A stretch of 39,673 nt of DNA. It comes from a virus. Lineage: Duplodnaviria > Heunggongvirae > Uroviricota > Caudoviricetes. Location: the IMG/VR virus record IMGVR_UViG_3300045988_165115; one strand, 5' to 3'. Shown in pieces: positions 20,064 through 28,036 of the stretch; within the stretch, counting starts at the first letter, position 1; each line of letters begins with the position of its first letter. Both the position numbers and the translations under genes were made by a program. The notes beneath the pieces were generated by a model. That model made no database searches. It saw only the letters and a program-made list of their open reading frames with translations, and had not been told where the DNA came from.

Positions 20064-20525
20064 CTATCTGCACTGCTCATTAATATACTTCTGGGTTCCT
20101 TCCAGTTGTTTTTGCATAGTGATCAGCCTCTCTCTGAGGGTGAAATAATCCCGTTCAGCGGTGTCTGCCAGTCGGGGGGAGGCTGCATTATCCACGCCGG
20201 AGGCGGTGGTGGCTTCACGCACTGACTGACAGACTGCTTTGATGTGCAACCGACGACGACCAGCGGCAACATCATCACGCAGAGCATCATTTTCAGCTTT
20301 CGCATCAGCTAACTCCTTCGTGTATTTTGCATCGAGCGCAGCAACATCACGCTGACGCATCTGTATGTCAGTAATTGCCGCGTTCGCCAGCGTCAGTTCT
20401 CTGGCATTTTTGTCGCGCTGGGCTTTGTAGGTAATGGCGTTATCACGGTAATGATTAACCGCCCATGACAGACAGACGATGATGCAGATAACCAGAGCGG
20501 AGATAATCGCGGTTAATCTGTTCAT
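20064..20525 (-). CDS. Rz: Rz i-spanin
   Basis: 153 aa with N-terminal transmembrane helix and coiled coil; overlaps the endolysin stop; Rz1 is embedded in it. Confidence 0.9.
   Translation of the reverse strand: MNRLTAIISALVICIIVCLSWAVNHYRDNAITYKAQRDKNARELTLANAAITDIQMRQRDVAALDAKYTKELADAKAENDALRDDVAAGRRRLHIKAVCQSVREATTASGVDNAASPRLADTAERDYFTLRERLITMQKQLEGTQKYINEQCR
20123..20305 (-). CDS. Rz1: Rz1 o-spanin lipoprotein, embedded in Rz in the +1 frame
   Basis: 60 aa with lipobox VVVGC and a proline-rich stretch (PPPPPAW...PPPDW), as in lambda Rz1. Confidence 0.85.
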   Translation of the reverse strand: MRKLKMMLCVMMLPLVVVGCTSKQSVSQCVKPPPPPAWIMQPPPDWQTPLNGIISPSERG

Positions 20526-20998
20526 ACCTCAATCTCTCTGACCATTCCGCCCGCTTCTTTGAATTTTGCAATCAGGCTGTCAGCCTTATGCTCGAACTGA
20601 CCATAACCAGCGCCCGGCAGTGAAGCCCAGATATTGCTGCAACGGTCGATAGCCTGACGAATATCACCGCGATCAATCATCGGTAAAGCGCCACGCTCTT
20701 TAATCTGTTGCAGTGCCACAGCGTCCTGGCTTTTCGGAGAGAAGTCTTTCAGGCCAAGCTGCTTGCGGTAAGCATCCCACCAGCGTGAAAGAAGTTGATA
20801 ACGGCCTGCAGCTGTTGATTTGAGTTTCGGGTTTAGCGTGACAAGTTTGCGAGGGTGATCGGAGTAATCAGTGAAGAGTTCTCCACCGACAATAACGTCA
20901 TAACCGTGGTTACGTGTCGGTTGTCGCCCGTTATCCGTTCCCTCTGACCATGCCACCATATCCAGGAAAGCTTTACGCTGGGAATTTAGTACCTGCAT
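20522..20998 (-). CDS. R: endolysin, lambda R-type lytic transglycosylase
   Basis: 158 aa; ...[35 protein letters not shown]... matches lambda R as recalled. Confidence 0.9.
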   Translation of the reverse strand: MQVLNSQRKAFLDMVAWSEGTDNGRQPTRNHGYDVIVGGELFTDYSDHPRKLVTLNPKLKSTAAGRYQLLSRWWDAYRKQLGLKDFSPKSQDAVALQQIKERGALPMIDRGDIRQAIDRCSNIWASLPGAGYGQFEHKADSLIAKFKEAGGMVREIEV

Positions 20999-21001
20999 AA
21001 A

Positions 21002-21328
21002 TTACTCCTTAGAGCCACCAAACTTGTTACCGATTACTCTCATTGCAGCCCCACGAATAGCATCAACACCGATCAGCCCCACCCCACCACCAATGGCAAC
21101 AGATAGTGATTTAGGCCATCCGACATACTCAAGAGCGGATGCAAAAGTCAGCGTCAGAGCGCCACAGAGTAGAATTTCGAGTGTTTTTCGCTTCCAGCCG
21201 CCACCACCGCCAAAATAGGCAATACGTAAACCAGCCATAACAATCGACATAATCACTGCGCCCAGCGGTGTGTCTCCACGCCACCAGCTCTGGACCAACT
21301 CCAGCCATGTATTTGGGTTATGAGGCAT
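21002..21328 (-). CDS. S: holin, lambda S family (class I)
   Basis: 108 aa with hydrophobic helices and a charged C-terminus (GNKFGGSKE); sits directly upstream of the endolysin. Confidence 0.75.
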   Translation of the reverse strand: MPHNPNTWLELVQSWWRGDTPLGAVIMSIVMAGLRIAYFGGGGGWKRKTLEILLCGALTLTFASALEYVGWPKSLSVAIGGGVGLIGVDAIRGAAMRVIGNKFGGSKE

Positions 21329-21467
21329 TTGTAGTTATCTCTCACCTCGCTGATACAGCAGGTGCAAATTGAGGAAACATCATGTACCGCAAATCAGAAG
21401 CGGAAACGTCAAAGAAGCCGAGTCAATGGATAACTGCGGGATAGGCTAGGACCAAGGAATCCCCAGA

Positions 21468-21502
21468 CCCAGAAACGACAAAACCCGCTCGATGGCGGGT
21501 TT
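21468..21502 (-). terminator. rho-independent terminator-like hairpin, candidate tR' of the late operon
   Basis: Perfect 8-bp stem AAACCCGC/GCGGGTTT with a 6-nt loop; on the minus strand it is followed by TTTTGTCGTTTCT. Confidence 0.5.
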
Positions 21503-21619
21503 AAGCTGTGTGGCGAAGTGAGCACACTTAACAGATTACGATATTTTTTGCGTACGCGTTAGTGTTTTGATAGAATTTTCAGCCACATAAAAATTCATTC
21601 TTATAATTCGGGATATATA

Positions 21620-22795
21620 ATGGATATAACTTGTTTAGAATGTGGCAATGTTCTTGACGACCCAACTGTAGCTTGCGATAAATGCGGTGCCACGCCTCAT
21701 GTTGTAGTGCTGGGCAAACAATCGTACTTTCCTATTGGTGCTGTAACAGCAAATCTTGAAAAAAATGATTCAAGAGCATTTGATTATCGATTAGGTGAAG
21801 TTTGGGATCTAAAAAATGAAGTCACATCTGAATTCATAACCAGAATTGAGAAAAAATTTAGCCGAAAAAACAAATTTCATAACTTCCTAGACTCAGATCA
21901 CAACCCTTCATCCATTCCTACGATCCTAAAAAAATACATTAATAAAAATAATGAATTCATTGATTTATCTAGAGCTATAATAGAGAAGCTTAAACATAAT
22001 GCTAATAACGAATCGAGAGTTGCCCAACTTCAGGGGGGGAGCGTTGTTTTCATCCACTATAAGTCTACCGAACCAGAGGATTTGGGGAAACTTCTAATCG
22101 TAATGGTTGATAAACAAAGCGCCTATGACTTTGATTCGGATAAGTTGACCCCAACAAGATTAAATCCAATTAATACCGATGCCTTACGGCAGGCTGCGAT
22201 GTTCGATTTAACTTTATTCGAAGCCAGTTATCCAGAAAACAAGGGTGACTCATATGTACATTTCTTGCAAGGTAAATCTAAAAGCGATTTTTTCAAAGAC
22301 TCATTAGGTTGCCGACATGATTCGGACAATAAAAGAAGCATTCAGCAATTATTCAGTGCTATAGATATTTTTGCTAGTAAAAACTCACTCGGTCGTGTAC
22401 TGCGTGATACTATTGACAATGAAGTTAAATCCTTACTGGAAAAAAAATCAAAAGATAAACACGGAAATAAGTCCGTTAAGATAGAGGATATTTCAAAAAT
22501 AATTGACTCATGCCTGACTGATTCACACAAATGTAAGGGAACGTTTGTCGATTTTGTTAATCTTAATGGTTTCCAGATTGACCCTCAATTTGAACCAACT
22601 CCTAAAGCAGCTGAAAGCGCGCTTACAATTGAAGTGGCAGATAACGACAATAATTTTAAGTTGAAAATAATGCGTGGAGCTATTGGAGACGAAAAGTCAA
22701 ATAAGCCTGTAATTCTCACTGACAACAAATGCGAAATTGTGATAAAATTGAGTCAGGCAAATTATGATGAACTCAAAAGATATAGAGACAGCTAA
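21620..22795 (+). CDS. zinc-ribbon plus NdpA/YejK-like (NA37) nucleoid-associated-protein-like domain protein; first gene of the cargo operon
   Basis: N-terminal CxxC-x12-CxxC; central region (GGSVVFIHY...LNPINTD...DLTLFE...YVHFLQGKS...DFFKDSLGC) follows the YejK/NdpA motif pattern as recalled; AT-rich; opposite strand to the late genes. Confidence 0.55.
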   Translation: MDITCLECGNVLDDPTVACDKCGATPHVVVLGKQSYFPIGAVTANLEKNDSRAFDYRLGEVWDLKNEVTSEFITRIEKKFSRKNKFHNFLDSDHNPSSIPTILKKYINKNNEFIDLSRAIIEKLKHNANNESRVAQLQGGSVVFIHYKSTEPEDLGKLLIVMVDKQSAYDFDSDKLTPTRLNPINTDALRQAAMFDLTLFEASYPENKGDSYVHFLQGKSKSDFFKDSLGCRHDSDNKRSIQQLFSAIDIFASKNSLGRVLRDTIDNEVKSLLEKKSKDKHGNKSVKIEDISKIIDSCLTDSHKCKGTFVDFVNLNGFQIDPQFEPTPKAAESALTIEVADNDNNFKLKIMRGAIGDEKSNKPVILTDNKCEIVIKLSQANYDELKRYRDS

Positions 22796-22797
22796 TA

Positions 22798-24012
22798 ATG
22801 ACAATTGCTGATGACTTATCAAGATTAGCGCAGATTATTAACGGAGCCTCAAGCAGAGTTGAGGGCTACTACACTGTCATAAGTCTTGAAGAAAGCATTG
22901 TTATTGTAAATAGTTCTGAAATAATTAGACTGTTACAATCTATAGGTTATAAAAAGGCAACAACCTGCATCGAAAATAATGAAATTTGGCTAGATCGCCA
23001 AGCTTCATCTTGGGATGATGCTATAATTTATGAGAATGTTGAGTCTTTTTGGTCTAGAGTAAACACCCAAAACGCTCTTCCGAAAAATTATATCATCGGA
23101 ACGCCGTTAATACTCCCTACTTCTAAGAATGAAAGCATCGAAAAAATCCATATTTTCTTTATGTGGAAAGATATCCTTTCATTAATTTCTGATCATCATA
23201 ACAGTGACTGCTCTGTCTTATTTTTCACCAATGAAGACAAAAGTTATACAGTCGAACTCACGCATTTTTTACAATATAGCGAGATTAATCGCTTATCGAA
23301 CTCGTCTCTTAAATATGAAATTATAAAGGAGCTTCTCGACACAATAAAAATCAATGATTTACACAAAAGCGAGCGCAAGCTCGTTATACGCTCAGCCATA
23401 AACGAAGTATTTAAAGCAAATGGTACGTTCAATTTCTTTGACTTGCTTAACTCTACTGAACTCGTCAGGAAAAAATATGATGAACTATATGAGATTTACA
23501 CAAAGAGGTTTTCTGTAAATAAAATTCTTAACGAACTCGATGAGAAAAATCTTGAGTTCACGAGTAAAATTAACGAATTCATATCATCTAATCAGACAAA
23601 AGCATTGACTATTCCCGGTGCATTAATAGCAGCTGGTGGCTTAGTGAAGGCTAATGAAACAACCGAAGCAATATTGATTATCGCAGGACTTTGGATGATA
23701 AAAAAAGTCAATTACATTTCTATTGAGATATTCAATGAAACATTCGACAACTTACGTTCTCGAGTGGAGTCCGCTTTCGATAAGTATTTAAAGTTTGAAG
23801 AAAATAAAGAAATCAAAGATAATGCAGATAGTATTAAGAGTAGCATTACAGGTTTGATTGATAAAGCTAAAAAAAGGATGAGAACTGTTAAATATCTCGC
23901 ATCAGCCATGTTTTATGGAGGCCTTATTTACGTTGGATATAAACAGTTCCCAGTCTTTTTTGAAAAATCGGCAGTAAATCTATTTTATTTTTTATGCCAT
24001 ACTATAAGCTAA
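22798..24012 (+). CDS. hypothetical membrane-associated protein, second gene of the cargo operon
   Basis: 404 aa; ATG 2 nt after the upstream stop; hydrophobic segments LTIPGALIAAGGLV, AILIIAGLWMI and YLASAMFYGGLIYVGY; 3' end overlaps the Q 3' end by 21 nt. Confidence 0.55.
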   Translation: MTIADDLSRLAQIINGASSRVEGYYTVISLEESIVIVNSSEIIRLLQSIGYKKATTCIENNEIWLDRQASSWDDAIIYENVESFWSRVNTQNALPKNYIIGTPLILPTSKNESIEKIHIFFMWKDILSLISDHHNSDCSVLFFTNEDKSYTVELTHFLQYSEINRLSNSSLKYEIIKELLDTIKINDLHKSERKLVIRSAINEVFKANGTFNFFDLLNSTELVRKKYDELYEIYTKRFSVNKILNELDEKNLEFTSKINEFISSNQTKALTIPGALIAAGGLVKANETTEAILIIAGLWMIKKVNYISIEIFNETFDNLRSRVESAFDKYLKFEENKEIKDNADSIKSSITGLIDKAKKRMRTVKYLASAMFYGGLIYVGYKQFPVFFEKSAVNLFYFLCHTIS

Positions 24013-24363
24013 CATTGCTAAACAGCCATCAACAAACCCCATTGCAGTTTGCAGTTCCTTCCTAATTGTGCCATCAGAGCATTTTCTCTTCTTCGCAATA
24101 GTGCGTAATGAGATACCGATAACAAAGTGGGCGATGATGAGCTCATATTCCTCTGGTTTATACCTTCTCAACCGAGCCACACAACTGTCTATCATGATGC
24201 CTTCGTCATCATCACACTGAATCCGTGACTTTTTGCCATGAGGTAAAAGTCCCTTGAAACCAGCCGCTATCGGCTGCCAGTCCACTCCGCTATTGTCTGA
24301 AGCAGCCCAAGCTCCCCAACGATCCATTACTTCATACATATCACGCATCAACTTTCTCCACAA
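23992..24363 (-). CDS. late-gene antiterminator Q
   Basis: 123 aa; ...MDRWGAWAASDN...WQPIAAGFKGLLP...CDDDEGIMID...CSDGTIRKELQTA... matches the Q (QuuD-like) family pattern as recalled. Confidence 0.75.
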   Translation of the reverse strand: MWRKLMRDMYEVMDRWGAWAASDNSGVDWQPIAAGFKGLLPHGKKSRIQCDDDEGIMIDSCVARLRRYKPEEYELIIAHFVIGISLRTIAKKRKCSDGTIRKELQTAMGFVDGCLAMLAYSMA

Positions 24364-24365
24364 AA

Positions 24366-25361
24366 TCAGGCCAACACACCAATTGCCAGCGCACGATCGA
24401 TAAAACGAAATATCAACTCCAGCTGGGAGCCATACTTCTCTTCAAATGCCACGGTATCCGCATGCAGCTCGTCGTGATGCTTTCTGCACAAAGGCAGCAC
24501 AAAGAGATCATGCTCTTTTGTACCCATTCCCCCCTGACCGTGGCCTATCAGATGGTGGGGATCATCAGCAGGCTTTCCACAACATGCACACGGCTGCGTC
24601 TTAACCCAGCGCGTGTACTTTTCATTAACCCAGCGGCGACGTTTTGGGCGTAACATAAAAGACTCCGGCGACTCCGGATCCACTTTCAGCGCCAGCACCT
24701 TTTTAGCTTTATCCTGGATGATGCTGGTGGCAGGAACCGAAGGCACAAGGTCACTTTCCCGGGTGACAGATGGCACAACAGGCTTCGGTAATCTCAGTGC
24801 CTTACGGGCTGCACTTTCCGGTAAGGCATCCGCCAGATCATTACGAACCAGCCACCAGCACAGTTCCGGCATTGTCACAACGTGACTGTCATCAAAACCG
24901 AGATCCCGACGCACGACAGACAACACCCAGCGGGCACAGTTATCCGTTGCCATTGATTCCAGCCGTTCCGTGAACTGGTCACGCAGCTGGTTATCGCAGT
25001 GCCAGCACAGACGAATTGCTCCCGGAGCGTGCCGCATTGTGGTCATGTTCTCGCTGTGCCAGTCAGAATGAGGCCACTGACAGCCCTTTTCACGAAGTAA
25101 CCAGCTTTCAAGACATTCCACGCCACCAGCACGACGGATCACTGCCTCATTGCGGAACACGGTCCGAACGGCAGGATCATCCGCCAGCGGTTGTGATGCC
25201 GCCGGAACGGCACCACTGGCGAAAGATGAATAACGTTCCGGCTCTGGCTCCAGCAGGACACGCCCCTGCATAAACAGGGGCATCAGCTCTGAACCTGGCC
25301 TGAACAATACGATCCCCATACGCGGGGCAATTTCAGGCGTCAGTAGTGCTCTCACGGTCAC
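24366..25361 (-). CDS. DUF968/YdfU-like protein with a C-terminal HNH-like zinc-finger motif
   Basis: 331 aa; C-terminal CACCGKPADDPHHLIGHG...LCRKHHDELH; immediately upstream of Q. Confidence 0.55.
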   Translation of the reverse strand: MTVRALLTPEIAPRMGIVLFRPGSELMPLFMQGRVLLEPEPERYSSFASGAVPAASQPLADDPAVRTVFRNEAVIRRAGGVECLESWLLREKGCQWPHSDWHSENMTTMRHAPGAIRLCWHCDNQLRDQFTERLESMATDNCARWVLSVVRRDLGFDDSHVVTMPELCWWLVRNDLADALPESAARKALRLPKPVVPSVTRESDLVPSVPATSIIQDKAKKVLALKVDPESPESFMLRPKRRRWVNEKYTRWVKTQPCACCGKPADDPHHLIGHGQGGMGTKEHDLFVLPLCRKHHDELHADTVAFEEKYGSQLELIFRFIDRALAIGVLA

Positions 25362-25362
25362 C

Positions 25363-26160
25363 TCAATGAACGGTATCGAGTAGCTTTAACAGCTCAGGGA
25401 ATCGGGATTCGAAGAAATGCGGCTGCGTCTCGCGCGGATTTGCGGGACTGGTGATGTTCTTGCCGAACATGCAGCCTTTCGCCGTCAGCGACCAGAATTT
25501 TTTGATGTTGTTAATCGCGGTACGGCTGTATCGTTCGCGCTGCTCGACGATCCCCAGCTTCACCATCTGGTGATATGCCTGATTAGCTGTCAGGCGGATA
25601 CCATACTGCTTCAGCAGTGCACTCAGTGACAGCGTGGGGCGGCTTGAGCCATCAGGCGCGTCAGCAGGAGCATCAATGGCATAGCGCGGTGCCAGATTCG
25701 GTAAGCCAACAGCCTCCTGGAGTTTCTGACAGGCTCCAAGCACTGAAGAGTTAGACAGATTTAACTCCCGGCGCATAAAGTCCAGCAGAATCACGCCAGC
25801 CTGCATCTTGTCAGCAGCCTGTCCGGATAATTTTTCAGGTGCGCTGGTTACCATGTCGAAAGTACGGATCACCTTCAGATGGAATGACGGGCTGATCCAC
25901 ATTGCATAGGCATACACCAGTTCTTTGCAGACATACGTCCCCTGGTTATTTCCGCCACGAATAACGTTAACTGGCTCTATATTGACCGAGTTGCAAATCT
26001 GCAACTCGCTTATTAAACGTTCAGTTTGCTCATTGCGGAGCCAGAATGCAGGCTTATGCTTATCCAGAGAATCGGCAGCCCTGTGCAGATCGTTCAGGCT
26101 GTAACGACCATAAGCATCACGACGAACTTCAATACCATCAATGACCATCAGATTATTCAT
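25363..26160 (-). CDS. KilA-N domain protein
   Basis: N-terminal MVIDGIEVRRDAYGRYSLNDLHRA... fits the KilA-N pattern; nin-region position. Confidence 0.5.
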   Translation of the reverse strand: MNNLMVIDGIEVRRDAYGRYSLNDLHRAADSLDKHKPAFWLRNEQTERLISELQICNSVNIEPVNVIRGGNNQGTYVCKELVYAYAMWISPSFHLKVIRTFDMVTSAPEKLSGQAADKMQAGVILLDFMRRELNLSNSSVLGACQKLQEAVGLPNLAPRYAIDAPADAPDGSSRPTLSLSALLKQYGIRLTANQAYHQMVKLGIVEQRERYSRTAINNIKKFWSLTAKGCMFGKNITSPANPRETQPHFFESRFPELLKLLDTVH

Positions 26161-26179
26161 ACTTCGTTTCTCCTCTTAA

Positions 26180-26569
26180 TCAGGCGGCTGCACCCGCCGG
26201 TTTCTCGTACTTACTGATAGTGATCTCAACCTTCCCTTCCGGGATAACCGGTCCCCACTCCACCAGCATTCTTTTCACCTGACTGTCGTCTTCCCACACA
26301 CCCGCGTGGGTCAGGGCGTCAAACAGCGCCTTGTTATAGTTGTCCAGATCGCGGATCCGGTTATCCGGAGGAAACAACACGATCTCCACTGAAGCAGGTG
26401 CCGACGTTGGTTTCGGCAGACGACGTAACTGCTCAACTATTGCTGCGCACGCCGCGCTCTGAAATTTTCGCCCCGCCTCGCTTATCAGGCTCTTACCAGC
26501 AAATGCCCCTTTGTTGGGGTGTCGCCAGTACGTGTTCACACTGGGCGGGAAAGGAAGGATCAACTTCAT
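26180..26569 (-). CDS. rusA: RusA-family Holliday junction resolvase
   Basis: 129 aa; motifs PPSVNTYWRH and RDLDNYNKALFDALTHAGVWEDDSQV match the RusA family. Confidence 0.85.
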   Translation of the reverse strand: MKLILPFPPSVNTYWRHPNKGAFAGKSLISEAGRKFQSAACAAIVEQLRRLPKPTSAPASVEIVLFPPDNRIRDLDNYNKALFDALTHAGVWEDDSQVKRMLVEWGPVIPEGKVEITISKYEKPAGAAA

Positions 26570-26892
26570 ACTTTCAGGCCCCTCTCATGTAACCAGTGGG
26601 CTGCACGCAACCTAGCGTTCTCCTCAGCGGCAAGCAGTGCGCGGATGATACCGACCGCTTCGCTGTCGTCGTCCTTCACTGCGGTATGAAGCGTGATCCC
26701 CCGGGCCACGCCACGCTTTATCGTGATGACGCCTTTTTTCTCCAGTGCGCGAAGATGCTCCACCGCTGCATTCACTGAACGGTATCCCAGCATGGTTGCC
26801 ACCTCCTGATTGGTTGGCGGGAAGCCACGTTCTTTCTGGTAAGAAATCAGCATATCCAGCACCTGCTGCTGGCATTGAGTTAACGTCGTCAT
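26566..26892 (-). CDS. LexA N-terminal DNA-binding-domain-like protein lacking the S24 peptidase domain
   Basis: LTQCQQQVLDMLISYQKERGFPPTNQEVATMLGYRSVNAAVEHLRALEKKGVI closely parallels the LexA winged-helix domain; only 108 aa, no Ser/Lys peptidase region. Confidence 0.65.
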   Translation of the reverse strand: MTTLTQCQQQVLDMLISYQKERGFPPTNQEVATMLGYRSVNAAVEHLRALEKKGVITIKRGVARGITLHTAVKDDDSEAVGIIRALLAAEENARLRAAHWLHERGLKV

Positions 26893-27542
26893 GCCGCCAT
26901 CTCCCTGACCAGTTTTTCCGCCTGCTGGCGAACCTGTGCCAGAAAGGCCTCACCACATGCCTCAAGTTCATCGCGCCCGATGTAGCTGATTGCCGGTCCC
27001 TTCCAGGTCTTGTCGAAAACAGCAATAGCACCAGCGAAGAAAGCGCCTGTCGGCACCTGCTTCTCATCTTTCGGGATAAACCAGGCAGGCAGTTCAAAAC
27101 CAATACGCCCGCGAATAAAAGCAATATGGTCTGCATCTTCCGGCCACCACACTTCGCTGGTGGCAGCTTTGATCAGGAAAACATAGCGCCCGCCTTTATC
27201 ACGCATGGCACCGGCATGTTTCATGATGTAACGCATGCCGGTGATGTATTGCCCCTCATGCTGACTGGCGCGACTGTATGGGGGATTACCAAAGGCAGCA
27301 CCTTTAAGCTCCGCAAGACGTTCTGACCAGTCATGCGCCAGCGCGTTGTCTTCCGCCGTGTAATACGCGGTACATTTGGCGTTATCACCGTCAGTAAACA
27401 GATCCAGGACAAACGGGCCAAACAGGGTGTTAATTCCCCAGAAAATGTTATCCGGCGTGCGCCACTGATCGCCCACTTCCTTCAGTTCATGGGCTGGTTT
27501 GTTCCGCAGTTCCACCAGCGCCCGGCAATATTTATTACTCAT
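26889..27542 (-). CDS. phage DNA N6-adenine methyltransferase (Dam-like); start set to the internal MSNKYCR
   Basis: NPPY catalytic motif (GNPPYS); TAATG stop/start overlap with the upstream gene at 27542. Confidence 0.75.
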   Translation of the reverse strand: MSNKYCRALVELRNKPAHELKEVGDQWRTPDNIFWGINTLFGPFVLDLFTDGDNAKCTAYYTAEDNALAHDWSERLAELKGAAFGNPPYSRASQHEGQYITGMRYIMKHAGAMRDKGGRYVFLIKAATSEVWWPEDADHIAFIRGRIGFELPAWFIPKDEKQVPTGAFFAGAIAVFDKTWKGPAISYIGRDELEACGEAFLAQVRQQAEKLVREMAA

Positions 27543-28036
27543 TAAGCCCCCACGTAATTCCCTGACAGATACCACTCTTCACCCGATGCAGCGCGCTTGC
27601 TGCTTTTCCGTAAGCACCGCTCACGACGTGCCAGAAAATTGTTTCGTTCTGGCTGGGAGTGGCTTTCACGGAATGCCGCCATCCACACGGTTGCAGCACG
27701 ACGGTATAAGCCCCTTGACTCCAGTTCTTCAGCCTGGCGGGTCAGGCATAAAATCACCCGGGGATCGTTAGTGCCGACATAGAAATTGCGCACAGGTCTG
27801 GTTTCACGAACTGGTTGTGGTTCCGGCTCCTGCGCTCTCTCAGTCAGGCGCGGGAAATGTCTGCGTGTATCTCCTTCACAACGGTGAGCCACACGCCCAC
27901 TCTGACGTAACTTGCTTGCTGACTGCAGAACGCGCTGCCGTGAGTAACCTGCAAAAGCATCCGCAATGTCTCCGGAAGTACAGCCCGGATGGGCTTCAAT
28001 GAATTTCTGAACGTCATTCAAAAGACTCATGCTCAC
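27542..28036 (-). CDS. hypothetical regulator, winged-helix-like N-terminus and PerC-like C-terminal segment (tentative)
   Basis: 164 aa; C-terminal LESRGLYRRAATVWMAAF resembles the PerC family signature as recalled; overlaps the replication gene stop. Confidence 0.35.
   Translation of the reverse strand: MSMSLLNDVQKFIEAHPGCTSGDIADAFAGYSRQRVLQSASKLRQSGRVAHRCEGDTRRHFPRLTERAQEPEPQPVRETRPVRNFYVGTNDPRVILCLTRQAEELESRGLYRRAATVWMAAFRESHSQPERNNFLARRERCLRKSSKRAASGEEWYLSGNYVGA

Noticed and set aside
21024-21218. 64-aa plus-strand ORF
   Set aside because: Antisense inside the holin gene.
21330-21620. Possible tRNA gene between S and the cargo operon (tRNAs often sit here in lambdoid phages)
   Set aside because: No cloverleaf-compatible sequence or conserved T-loop (GTTCRANYC) seen; the only structure is a terminator-like hairpin.
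22342-23909. Short minus-strand ORFs (62, 62, 65 aa) inside the cargo genes
   Set aside because: Antisense low-complexity frames in AT-rich DNA; the plus-strand genes are long and coupled.
24462-25273. Plus-strand ORFs within the DUF968 gene
   Set aside because: Antisense to a 331-aa gene with recognisable motifs.
26624-27326. 170-aa minus and 193-aa plus ORFs overlapping the LexA-like and Dam genes
   Set aside because: Alternate-frame and antisense ORFs with Arg/Ser-rich composition; the annotated frames carry the NPPY and LexA-like motifs.
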